Shown here: piece after piece, positions 1 to 11,405 of the stretch
Layout of the letters: the number at the start of each line of letters is the position of its first letter
Numbering within the stretch: the first letter of the stretch is position 1
Made by a program: the position numbers and the translations under genes
Assembly: GCA_045118975.1 (NCBI GenBank)
Contig: JBGVCT010000009.1
Coordinates: 278-64,277, forward strand
Direction of reading: 5' to 3'
From: Bacilli bacterium
GTDB taxonomy: Bacteria; Bacillota_I; Bacilli_A; RFN20; DUOF01
DNA: 64,000 bases
The notes under the pieces: generated by a model
Database searches by the model: none
What the model was told of the DNA's origin: nothing
The model's input: the letters and a program-made list of their open reading frames with translations, nothing else

Positions 1-125
1 GAAGTAACATTTCCAACATCATTTTCTCTATCAACTACTAGAGTTTTAAGTTTATACTTACTAAGCTCTCTAGCAACACTAGCACCAACAACACCAGCAC
101 CAATTATAACAACATCGTACATCAT
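1..125 (-). CDS. FAD-dependent oxidoreductase, likely glycerol-3-phosphate oxidase/dehydrogenase (5' part only, runs off the window)
   Basis: Manual translation MMYDVVIIGAGVVGASVARELSKYKLKTLVVDRENDVG has a GxGxxG Rossmann motif; RBS AAGGAGG upstream; directly downstream of glpK. Confidence 0.8.
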   Translation of the reverse strand, partial: MMYDVVIIGAGVVGASVARELSKYKLKTLVVDRENDVGNVT

Positions 126-141
126 CGCACCTCCTTATAAA

Positions 142-2480
<2,339 letters not shown>

Positions 2481-2562
2481 ATAGTAACCCCCTGTATCTT
2501 TAATTTCATTGTACCATTAAACAAACAAAAAGAAGATAAATAGACAAACATTTTGTTTTTTA

Positions 2563-2592
2563 TTGATATGTGGTTATTAATTTATATATAAT
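2563..2592 (+). promoter_or_regulatory. Putative sigmaA promoter
   Basis: TTGATA-N18-TATAAT, then RBS GGGAGG before ATG at 2616. Confidence 0.55.
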
Positions 2593-2615
2593 TAAATTAA
2601 TGGGAGGTATGTTTT

Positions 2616-2978
2616 ATGTATTGCAAAAAGTGTGGAGGAAAAGTTGAAAGCTATGCTAGCCACTGTCCTTTCTGTGGTGAAGCTATGAGTGGTAATGATG
2701 TAACTGCTACATATACAAAATCTGCAGGAGCTGAAGGTGCTGCTAACAAATCAATTGGGGGATGGATCTTAACTTACATTATTATGGGTATCCCACTAGT
2801 AGGTTTCATCATGATGTTTGTATGGGCATTTGGTGAAAAAACTAAAGCCGATCCAACATTCAGAAACTGGGCTAGAACAGCATTATTACTTACAGCTATT
2901 TCAGTTGTATTATCTGTAGTATGTGTATTAATCGTGCTACCTGCTCTTGAAGGTATGTTACCAGAAATACCAGCTTAA
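2616..2978 (+). CDS. Zinc-ribbon domain membrane protein
   Basis: N-terminal CKKC...CPFCG, followed by 2-3 hydrophobic helices. Confidence 0.8.
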   Translation: MYCKKCGGKVESYASHCPFCGEAMSGNDVTATYTKSAGAEGAANKSIGGWILTYIIMGIPLVGFIMMFVWAFGEKTKADPTFRNWARTALLLTAISVVLSVVCVLIVLPALEGMLPEIPA

Positions 2979-2996
2979 TAACTAAATCATCAAAAT

Positions 2997-3028
2997 AAAA
3001 AAGGTTCACTGTAGCAGTGAACTTTTTT
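2997..3028. terminator. Bidirectional intrinsic terminator
   Basis: AAAAAAGGTTCACTG-tag-CAGTGAACTTTTTT between convergent genes. Confidence 0.85.
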
Positions 3029-3668
3029 ATTTATCTTTAGAGTTTTTTATTTTCTTTCTTTTTTCAAGAAGAAAAAACAATATAGTTAACACTTGTAATG
3101 GTATAGCTATTATAAATAACTCTGACATCCCATCTAGATATTCCCTTAGCGTTAAATATAACGATAGTGTTGTTGTCCAAATAAGAGCACTTACCAAAAA
3201 TAAATGTATTCTCCATTTTCCCCAAATAGAGTTAAAGACAATAGCAACTATACAACTAAGTGGGATAGCATATACATAAATATTTCCTTTTATTACTGAA
3301 GACAAATCAGAAATAGCTAAATCCAAAACAACATAAACAGTTGTAGCAATAAACCAAACAATACCAATTGCTAGTAAAACAATTAACAACTTATTTCTAC
3401 CAGTTAAAAATTTAGTTGTTTTTTCTTTTATTTTTTCTCCTATTGTAGGAGTTGGAGAAATCAAATCATTTACAGTTATACCATATAAATCAGCAATATC
3501 CTTAAGAATATATATATCAGGAACTCCTTCCTCTCTTTCCCATTTAGACACTGTCTTGTCACTATATCCTAGTTTACTAGCTAATTGAGCTTGCGTTAAT
3601 CCCGCTTGCTTCCTGTATTTAATTAAATTACTCGTAATAATACTTTTTAAATTTTCTATCTTTTCCAT
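3027..3668 (-). CDS. XRE-family HTH regulator with C-terminal membrane domain
   Basis: LIKYRKQAGLTQAQLA...SDKTVSKWERE HTH_3 pattern plus 4 TM helices; start at 3668 (MEKIENLK) preferred, 3686 possible; no SD, so it may be leaderless. Confidence 0.85.
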   Translation of the reverse strand: MEKIENLKSIITSNLIKYRKQAGLTQAQLASKLGYSDKTVSKWEREEGVPDIYILKDIADLYGITVNDLISPTPTIGEKIKEKTTKFLTGRNKLLIVLLAIGIVWFIATTVYVVLDLAISDLSSVIKGNIYVYAIPLSCIVAIVFNSIWGKWRIHLFLVSALIWTTTLSLYLTLREYLDGMSELFIIAIPLQVLTILFFLLEKRKKIKNSKDK

Positions 3669-3846
3669 ACGTCTATTATAATACATAAAACACTAATATT
3701 AATCAATGAAATATGGATAATTCTACTCTCAGTAGAGTTAATATTTTGAAAGTGTAGAGCCCCCAAATTAAATGGTAGAGCGTATTCTCTAGGTGAATTT
3801 TATATATAATTGTTAGAATCAAGATGTAAAAAGAAAGAGGGATATT

Positions 3847-4671
3847 ATGAAATATAAAATTGTTGTAGATTCGTCATCTGATTTAACTAATGATTATATA
3901 AAAGATGAAAATGTTGGATTTGAAGTTGTGCCATTAACTATAAATGTAGATGGAAAGGATTTTGTTGATAATGATTCATTAAGTATAGATGAATTATTAA
4001 CTGCAATGAAAGCATCTACAACTAAAGCTACTTCTTCTTGCCCTAGTTGTGGTTATTTTTCTTCTAGTTATGAGCAAGCAGAAAATGTTATTTGTATTAC
4101 AATGACTAGTAAATTATCTGGAACATATAATGCAGCATATTTAGGAAGCAATGATTTAACAAGCAAAGTACATGTTGTAGATTCTAAAGCAACTAGTGGT
4201 ACTATGCGTTTACTAGTAGACAAGGCATATGAACTAATGAAGAAAGATTTAGACTTTGACACAATTTGTGATGAACTTGAAAAATATAGAGACTCTTTAA
4301 ATTTATTCTTTGTGCTAGATAAATTTGATAATTTAGTTAAAAATGGAAGAATGTCTAAAGTTACAGCATTTATTGCTAATGCCCTATACATTAAACCTTT
4401 ATGTATGGCAAAAGATGGAGTAATTGATGTATATGAAAAACCTAGAACAATGAAGGGCGCTTTAAATAAACTTGTAGAGTCTATTGAAAAGCAATGTACT
4501 TCAACTGAGGGAAGAACTTGTATTATTTCTCATTGTAAAAATAATGAAGATGCACTTTATTTGAAAGAAAAAATTCAAGGAAGATATCAATTCAAAGATG
4601 TTGTAATAACAGAAATGAAAGGACTTTGTTCTTTCTATGCTCTTGAAAAAGGTTTAATTGTATCATTCTAA
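3847..4671 (+). CDS. DegV family fatty-acid binding protein (FakB-like)
   Basis: IVVDSSSDL, SSCPS, TSKLSGTYNAA, LVKNGR. Confidence 0.92.
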   Translation: MKYKIVVDSSSDLTNDYIKDENVGFEVVPLTINVDGKDFVDNDSLSIDELLTAMKASTTKATSSCPSCGYFSSSYEQAENVICITMTSKLSGTYNAAYLGSNDLTSKVHVVDSKATSGTMRLLVDKAYELMKKDLDFDTICDELEKYRDSLNLFFVLDKFDNLVKNGRMSKVTAFIANALYIKPLCMAKDGVIDVYEKPRTMKGALNKLVESIEKQCTSTEGRTCIISHCKNNEDALYLKEKIQGRYQFKDVVITEMKGLCSFYALEKGLIVSF

Positions 4672-4695
4672 TTTAATAAATAAAAAGGAATATGA

Positions 4696-6459
4696 TTAAT
4701 AGTCATATTCCTTTTCTTTTCCTAAAATATGTTTTAAATTTCTCTCTACAAATTGATTATTATATAAAGCAGCATATTTTCCATCTAGTGACATTAATTC
4801 TTTATGATTTCCTTTTTCTACAATTTTACCCTTTTCTAAATAAATAATAGTATCAACATCTTTTATCGTAGAAAGCCTGTGTGCAATAAAGATACATGTT
4901 TTATCTTTAAATAATGTTTCTATATTACGTTGAATAATACTTTCTGTTTGACTATCTATATTACTTGTAGCCTCATCCAATATCACAATACTTGGATCAC
5001 TTAATACCACTCTAGCAAAAGCTAATAATTGTTTTTGACCAAAAGATAAAATAATACCACCCTCACCAATATTTGTATCATAGCCATCTTTAAGCCTAAT
5101 AATAAAATCATCTGCTCCTACAAGTTTACAAGCCCTTATTACCTCATCTCTAGACGCATCTAATTTGCCATATTTAACGTTATTAATTATAGTATCATCA
5201 AACAAAAGCGGATCTTGTAATATAAAGCCTATTTCATTATGTAAATACTCCAAATGATATTTTGTATAATCTAGTTTATCTATACTTATATATCCACTTC
5301 TAGGCTCATAAAATCTAAATAATAGATTAGCAATTGTAGACTTACCACTACCTGTTTTTCCAACTATTGCTACTTTTTCTTTTTCCTCTATATTTAATGT
5401 GAATCTATCTAGTACAACTTCCCCTTCATTGTAATAAAAACTAACGTCTTTAAATTCAATAAATCCACCTAATTTGTTATTTGGATAACAACTATCATAT
5501 CTATTATAAATATCATCTTTATATTCTAAAATATCATGTATTTTATCAATAGATACTATTTCCTCTGCAAATGTCTCAATACTATTTGTTACTTGTGTTA
5601 TTGAGTTTAGACATAATTGAAATAAATTATAATATAAATATATCTCACCATAACTAACTCCAAAATCATAAGACATAATAAACATCATAGCTAAGCATAG
5701 ATAAAATGCTATATCAAACATTCTCCAAAAAGATTGAACAAAGATATTACCTTGCATTCTATATTTAAATCTTTTATGAGTTAATACACCTAATTCTTTT
5801 TTACTCTCTTCCTCCAAATTAAGTGACTTTACTGTTTTAAATCCCATTATTCTCTCATTAATATGAGATATAGCCTCTCTATTTACTCTTCTTGATTTTT
5901 CATGTAATTTACTTCTTTTTTTAGACACAAAAAGTGAAAGCAGTGTAACTATAGGAAGAGCAACCCAAAGTATTAGACTAAGTCTTGGATTAATAATAGT
6001 AACAAGAACCATAGAAAAGACTACTCTTAAAACAGATCTTAACATCATTGGTATAGTCCAAGTCATGTGACTAGTAACCATATCAGTATCATAATCTATA
6101 ATATTCAAAATAGCTCCACTTGAATGTTTACTATGATATTTCATATCTAAATAAATAGCCTTATTAAATATCTTATTTTTTAAATTAACACCAATTTTAA
6201 CAGATTCTTTAAGCCCTATTTGATACATCACATGGAACAATATACCTGTAGTCATAGAGAAAACAAAAGATATAATAGCAAAGATAATAATCTTATATAA
6301 ATCCCTACTAGCTAAAGCTATATCTATTCCATAATAAGCGCTAAATAAAGTAGCTCCAATACCTATAGCACCTTGAATGCATATAAGTATAATACAAGTT
6401 ATAATAACCTTTTTGTGATCCTTAAATAAGTATTTATATTTATCTAAATATTTATTCAT
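4696..6459 (-). CDS. ABC exporter subunit (TMD-NBD), second half of a heterodimer
   Basis: TM domain, Walker A GKTGSGKS, degenerate signature LSFGQ, ILDEATS, AHRLST; start inferred at MNKY. Confidence 0.92.
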   Translation of the reverse strand: MNKYLDKYKYLFKDHKKVIITCIILICIQGAIGIGATLFSAYYGIDIALASRDLYKIIIFAIISFVFSMTTGILFHVMYQIGLKESVKIGVNLKNKIFNKAIYLDMKYHSKHSSGAILNIIDYDTDMVTSHMTWTIPMMLRSVLRVVFSMVLVTIINPRLSLILWVALPIVTLLSLFVSKKRSKLHEKSRRVNREAISHINERIMGFKTVKSLNLEEESKKELGVLTHKRFKYRMQGNIFVQSFWRMFDIAFYLCLAMMFIMSYDFGVSYGEIYLYYNLFQLCLNSITQVTNSIETFAEEIVSIDKIHDILEYKDDIYNRYDSCYPNNKLGGFIEFKDVSFYYNEGEVVLDRFTLNIEEKEKVAIVGKTGSGKSTIANLLFRFYEPRSGYISIDKLDYTKYHLEYLHNEIGFILQDPLLFDDTIINNVKYGKLDASRDEVIRACKLVGADDFIIRLKDGYDTNIGEGGIILSFGQKQLLAFARVVLSDPSIVILDEATSNIDSQTESIIQRNIETLFKDKTCIFIAHRLSTIKDVDTIIYLEKGKIVEKGNHKELMSLDGKYAALYNNQFVERNLKHILGKEKEYDY

Positions 6460-8230
6460 CTTCATCACCTACTTTAATATTTTGTTGAAGACGCCATACT
6501 TCCTTATAAAGACCATCTCTATTAATAAGCTCTTCATGTGTTCCTGAATCTATAATTTGTCCCTTATCTAAAACAAGTATCTTATCTGCATCCATAACAT
6601 TCATTAAGTTATGAGAAATAATAATAGTTGTACACTTATTATCCTTTAATCCCTCTTTTATCTTCCTTGCCACATTATTATCAAGGGCACTTAATGAATC
6701 ATCTAATATAAGAATATTTTCTCCCTTGATTAGACTTCTAGCAATAGATATTCTCTGCTTTTGACCTCCAGATAAAGTTATTCCTCTCTCTCCCACTACC
6801 GTATCATATCCTGAAACCATATTCGATATATCATCACTCAAACACACTCTATCCACATAACTATCAATATCTTTTATTCTGGAATTTAAAATAGTTAGAT
6901 TTTCTTTTATTGTTTTAGCAAACACAAAAGATTCTTGATTAACAATCGCTATATTATCTCTTAAATATTTTTTCTTTATATCTTTTAATTCTACTCCATC
7001 AACTAAAATACTTCCTTTTTGATAATCATCAACCCTAGTTAAAACATTAATAATACTAGATTTACCACTACCTGATTTTCCTATAATACCTATAGTTTCT
7101 CCCTTATTAATGGTAAAACTAATATTCTTCAATATATCATGCTCTATATCATCTTTATAAGCCATGTATACATTTTTAAATTCAATATTTCCCTCTATTT
7201 GAGGAGTTAAATCACCATCTTCTTCAAAATCAGTTTTAATTGTTAAATACTCATTTAATCTTTTTCTAGCCACTTTTGTTTTAAGCATTGTATTAATATG
7301 ACTCACTATTTCACTACTAATACCAACAATTCTTCCTGAGATAAGCACTAAACTAGTAGCAACTCCAAGCCCCAATGATCCTATGTAAAATAAATATCCA
7401 ATAACTATCATTGAAACTAGAGCATAAATAGAACTTAACACATCCATACTTAACCAATACTTAGAATAATCATGACTAACTTCAAATCCAGCCTTTTCTT
7501 TATTTATAACACTCTTAGAAAACTTTTCTTGCTCTACTTTTTCATTAGAGAATGTTTTAACCATACTTATATTAGTAAAACTTTGTTGAGTTCTAGAGTC
7601 TAGTTCTGAAGCATATTTAGATGATATTTCCTCTTTCTTTTTAATATGGAAAAAGCAAAAGAATACACCTAGAGAAATTACTATCAAAATAACCACAAAG
7701 GATATCACAAAATTAATTTTATTTAATCTAAATATTTGAATTAATAAGCTAGATACTGCAAAAACTGCTGACAAAAGATGCCACAAAGAATCATTATAAA
7801 ATCTAATATATTTCTTGGTATCTTGAATATTTCTTTGAATGATATCTCCAGTTGAATGACTTGTCAAATAACTCTTAGGCAAATCAATCACATGACTAAA
7901 AAAACCAACTACCAATTTTGAAGTCATCATATTAGTGGCATATGATTTAACAAAACTTCTAAGTAGTTTCATAACTACTCCAATCAAAGCTATACTTAAA
8001 AATACAACACAAATACTAATAATAGCATTTCTAGTATCATCCCTAGTTATAAAACTTTGTAGATATGAAGGTAAAACACTTTCTTCATTATTAAACAAAG
8101 CTAATGCTTCTCCCATAAAAAGAGTAATTAAAGAATCTATATATTCAGCAAAAAACGAGAATACAAGTGCAATTAAATAAAAAGGAATATATTTAGCTAT
8201 ATGTTTGAATGCATAATTCTTCTTTTTCAT
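6452..8230 (-). CDS. ABC exporter subunit (TMD-NBD), first half of a heterodimer
   Basis: GKSGSGKS, LSGGQKQR, degenerate Walker B ILDDSLS; typical TM287/288-like pairing. Confidence 0.92.
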   Translation of the reverse strand: MKKKNYAFKHIAKYIPFYLIALVFSFFAEYIDSLITLFMGEALALFNNEESVLPSYLQSFITRDDTRNAIISICVVFLSIALIGVVMKLLRSFVKSYATNMMTSKLVVGFFSHVIDLPKSYLTSHSTGDIIQRNIQDTKKYIRFYNDSLWHLLSAVFAVSSLLIQIFRLNKINFVISFVVILIVISLGVFFCFFHIKKKEEISSKYASELDSRTQQSFTNISMVKTFSNEKVEQEKFSKSVINKEKAGFEVSHDYSKYWLSMDVLSSIYALVSMIVIGYLFYIGSLGLGVATSLVLISGRIVGISSEIVSHINTMLKTKVARKRLNEYLTIKTDFEEDGDLTPQIEGNIEFKNVYMAYKDDIEHDILKNISFTINKGETIGIIGKSGSGKSSIINVLTRVDDYQKGSILVDGVELKDIKKKYLRDNIAIVNQESFVFAKTIKENLTILNSRIKDIDSYVDRVCLSDDISNMVSGYDTVVGERGITLSGGQKQRISIARSLIKGENILILDDSLSALDNNVARKIKEGLKDNKCTTIIISHNLMNVMDADKILVLDKGQIIDSGTHEELINRDGLYKEVWRLQQNIKVGDEDE

Positions 8231-8278
8231 TTAATCACCCCACAATTAAAATCATATCATAATTTCGCAAATATATAT

Positions 8279-8301
8279 AAAAAAGCAACCTAAAGTTGCT
8301 T
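8279..8301 (-). terminator. Intrinsic terminator after tsaD
   Basis: AAGCAAC-ctaaa-GTTGCTT with an A-run on the + strand. Confidence 0.6.
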
Positions 8302-9310
8302 AATCATTTAATTCTAAACTTGGATTAACCCCATCATCAATACTAGATTCTTCTTCATTGCTATAAAAAGCAGCCATTGCTGTCATCGCTGCATTATCAG
8401 TACAACACCAAAGTGGTGGTAATACCACTTCAATATCCTTATTCTTTTCTTTAACTCTATTTGAAACAGTTTCTCTAAGTTCCTTATTAGCACTAACTCC
8501 TCCTGCTAATAAGACTTGTTTTACATCATATTCTTCAAGAGCTAAGATAACTTTATCAGTTAATATTTCTACAACTCTTTTTTGAAAAGAAGTAGCAACA
8601 TCTTCCTTTTTAAAGTCTTCTCCTTTTTGCTTCATATTGTTAACTAGATTCAATACAGCAGTCTTTAATCCTGAAAAAGAAAAATCATATTTTCCTTCAA
8701 CTTTTGGATAAGGTAGAGCATACTTATTTTCTCCCTCATGAGCCAATCTATCAATAATAGGTCCTCCTGGATATTCAAGTCCTAATACTCTAGCAACTTT
8801 GTCATAACACTCTCCAACTGCATCATCTTTAGTTTCTCCTAAAAGAGTGAAATCATATTCATCCCTCATTAATACAAGTTCACTATGTCCTCCACTTACA
8901 ACAAGTGTAAGAAGTGGAAATTTGAAATCACTAATGTATCTAGATGAATAAATATGCCCCTTCATATGATCTACACCTAGAAGTGGAATGTTATACGCTA
9001 CACTAATTGCCTTAGCAGCTTGTATTCCAACATGAAGCGCTCCAATTAATCCAGGACCTTTAGTATAAACAATAACACTAATATCTTCATATTTAATATT
9101 AGCTTCATTTAAAGCTGTATCTATACAATACATAATATTTTCAAGGTGCAATCTAGAAGCAAGTTCTGGCATTACCCCACCAAACTCTTTATGCTTATTA
9201 ATTTGACTAGAAACAACATTGGCAAGTAATTCTTTACCATCTTTTAAAATAGCAATACTAGTCTCATCACAACTTGTTTCTATAGACAATATCATTCTCT
9301 TATCAAGCAT
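8300..9310 (-). CDS. tsaD: tRNA threonylcarbamoyltransferase TsaD
   Basis: IETSCDET, GGVMPELASRLH, GPGLIGAL, HMKGH, VSGGHS, DDAVGECYDK, FSFSGLKT, TDNAAM. Confidence 0.97.
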   Translation of the reverse strand: MLDKRMILSIETSCDETSIAILKDGKELLANVVSSQINKHKEFGGVMPELASRLHLENIMYCIDTALNEANIKYEDISVIVYTKGPGLIGALHVGIQAAKAISVAYNIPLLGVDHMKGHIYSSRYISDFKFPLLTLVVSGGHSELVLMRDEYDFTLLGETKDDAVGECYDKVARVLGLEYPGGPIIDRLAHEGENKYALPYPKVEGKYDFSFSGLKTAVLNLVNNMKQKGEDFKKEDVATSFQKRVVEILTDKVILALEEYDVKQVLLAGGVSANKELRETVSNRVKEKNKDIEVVLPPLWCCTDNAAMTAMAAFYSNEEESSIDDGVNPSLELND

Positions 9311-9746
9311 CCCTATTCACCTCTTTTTGCATAACATAGGCGTCTTCTACACCCTCATAATACTTTTCTCTTACACTAATCTTTTTAAATCCATACTTAG
9401 AATATAACCCAATAGCAGCTTCATTACTAACTCTAACTTCTAATGTAGCAGTAACTATATCACTATTAGAAATTCTCTTAAACATATCTTCCATTAAAAT
9501 ATTTGATAATCCCTTACCTTGAAGTTCTTTTCTAATACTTACTTTAGTAATATCAATATTATCAAATAAAACCCAAAAGCCATAATATCCCAATATTACT
9601 CCATCATGTTCTAAAACATAATTAAAAGCAATCTCATTTTCTAAATCTCTAAGATAAGCTTCCTTAGTCCACTTATCCTTATACAAAGAATCCTCAATGC
9701 TTACTATTTCATCAAGATCTTCTTTAACCATCTCTCTTACTATCAT
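9303..9746 (-). CDS. rimI: Ribosomal protein alanine N-acetyltransferase
   Basis: GNAT QGKG, TLEVRVSNEAAIGLY, REKYY; lies between tsaB and tsaD. Confidence 0.9.
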   Translation of the reverse strand: MIVREMVKEDLDEIVSIEDSLYKDKWTKEAYLRDLENEIAFNYVLEHDGVILGYYGFWVLFDNIDITKVSIRKELQGKGLSNILMEDMFKRISNSDIVTATLEVRVSNEAAIGLYSKYGFKKISVREKYYEGVEDAYVMQKEVNRDA

Positions 9747-9748
9747 AA

Positions 9749-10315
9749 TTAATCCTTTAAATATATAGCATTAGCACCTTTAGGATCACTAATAGGTTCT
9801 ATGTTTTTATATATCTCAAACATGTTATCAATAATTGAGTTATTATTTTCCTTATCAAATAAATAAGTATCTCCAACTAAATTATAACCACTAACATCTA
9901 TATTAGTTAAAAAATCAACTGTATCCTCTTTTAAACACTTACCCTTATTATACACACCATAATAAGCCCTCTTACTTCTAGCATCGATTAATGATATAGT
10001 ATTTTCTTTATTACCTGCTAATGCTCTAAGTGAAGAAACTAACACTAACTCTTTATTTAATACTGAAGTAAAAACTTTAGCAAAAGTTAACCCAATTCTT
10101 ATACCAGTATAACTACCAGGACCATTTGTAACAACAACCTTGTCAATATCTTTGGCCTCAACATTACATGCCTTAAAACACTCTACAACTTCTTTAGCTA
10201 ACACTTCAGATTGTCTTTTAAATGCATCATATTCTTTTTTATATATCAACTTATCATCTTTAGATAGACCAACAGCAAGTTCTTTATTACATGTATCAAT
10301 AAATAATACTACCAT
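9749..10315 (-). CDS. tsaB: TsaB
   Basis: LFIDTC, GPGSYTGIRIG, IDARS. Confidence 0.93.
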   Translation of the reverse strand: MVVLFIDTCNKELAVGLSKDDKLIYKKEYDAFKRQSEVLAKEVVECFKACNVEAKDIDKVVVTNGPGSYTGIRIGLTFAKVFTSVLNKELVLVSSLRALAGNKENTISLIDARSKRAYYGVYNKGKCLKEDTVDFLTNIDVSGYNLVGDTYLFDKENNNSIIDNMFEIYKNIEPISDPKGANAIYLKD

Positions 10316-10767
10316 ACTCTCTCTATCTCCTTTTCCACTTTAATATAATTGTCACCAACGCCCTCAATAATAATAGTTCTACTCTCATCTTCATTTACAA
10401 GTATATCCATCTTTAAATAATCATCAGGAAGAAGATAACTTACATATTCACTCCACTCAATAAAGCAAACATCATTTCCTTCTATATACTCTTCTAATCC
10501 CAAATCTTGCTTAACACCTTCAAGTCTATAAGCATCAATATGATAAAAATCAAACTTGTCACCATTATAGCATTTTAAAATATTAAAAGTTGGACTAGTA
10601 ACTGTACTACTAACACCTAAATAAGCAGCTAAACTTTTAGCAAATCTAGTCTTTCCAGCACCTAAATCTCCATTTGCAAGTATCAAAAAACCACCAAAAG
10701 TATTACTAGCAATAATTTTGGCTAATTTATCTGTATCCTCAACACTATAAGATTTAATTGTTATCAT
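10309..10767 (-). CDS. tsaE: TsaE ATPase
   Basis: GDLGAGKT, VTSPTFNI, HIDAYRL, IEW; start re-assigned to MITIK. Confidence 0.95.
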   Translation of the reverse strand: MITIKSYSVEDTDKLAKIIASNTFGGFLILANGDLGAGKTRFAKSLAAYLGVSSTVTSPTFNILKCYNGDKFDFYHIDAYRLEGVKQDLGLEEYIEGNDVCFIEWSEYVSYLLPDDYLKMDILVNEDESRTIIIEGVGDNYIKVEKEIERVW

Positions 10768-11308
10768 AATTTTTCCCCATAAAAGCATTCCAAAACTTAT
10801 TGAATCCATCATTAATAATTTGATCATTAAATACTAATTCACCATTTTTAGCATACTCTTTTAAACATTCTAATTCACTTTGTAAAATACGTTCTATCTC
10901 TTCTCCATAACCATATTTTTCTTTATTTACTGCATATTCATCTTCATCAAGTATCTTTAACTCACCTTTAATTGTTTTAACTAAATCAAGATCATAATCA
11001 ATATACTTTATTACATCATCTTCAATAATTATTGGAGAAGCTAAATTACAATAATAGTGAACTCCCTCATTTCTTATAATCCCAATAATATTAAACCATC
11101 TATGTTTATAATAAGTTGTAAGTGATGGTTCTTTTGCCATCCACATTCTTCCATCATATTCACGAATAAGCGTTTTAGCATTAGATATCATAATTTTTTC
11201 ATCATCTTCATAAACTTTACACGCTTTATCCCAAACACGATGGATACTACCATCATGTTTAAAGCCCATGACACGCATCCATTTAATCTTTTCCATTTTA
11301 ATAATCAC
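10754..11308 (-). CDS. DUF402 / Ntdp-like nucleoside tri- and diphosphatase
   Basis: KHDGSIHRVW, YYCNLASP, YIDYDLD, LDEDEY; true start may be 11296. Confidence 0.88.
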   Translation of the reverse strand: MIIKMEKIKWMRVMGFKHDGSIHRVWDKACKVYEDDEKIMISNAKTLIREYDGRMWMAKEPSLTTYYKHRWFNIIGIIRNEGVHYYCNLASPIIIEDDVIKYIDYDLDLVKTIKGELKILDEDEYAVNKEKYGYGEEIERILQSELECLKEYAKNGELVFNDQIINDGFNKFWNAFMGKNYDNN

Positions 11309-11361
11309 TACTTTCCATTAGGTATTATAGCACTATTATTCAAATACATAAAGACGCAAAT

Positions 11362-11395
11362 AAAAAAAGAGTAAGTCTTTAAAACTTACTCTTTT
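11362..11395 (-). terminator. Intrinsic terminator of the giant gene
   Basis: AAAAGAGTAAG-N9-CTTACTCTTTT with an A-run. Confidence 0.8.
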
Positions 11396-11405
11396 AATTC
11401 GATCA

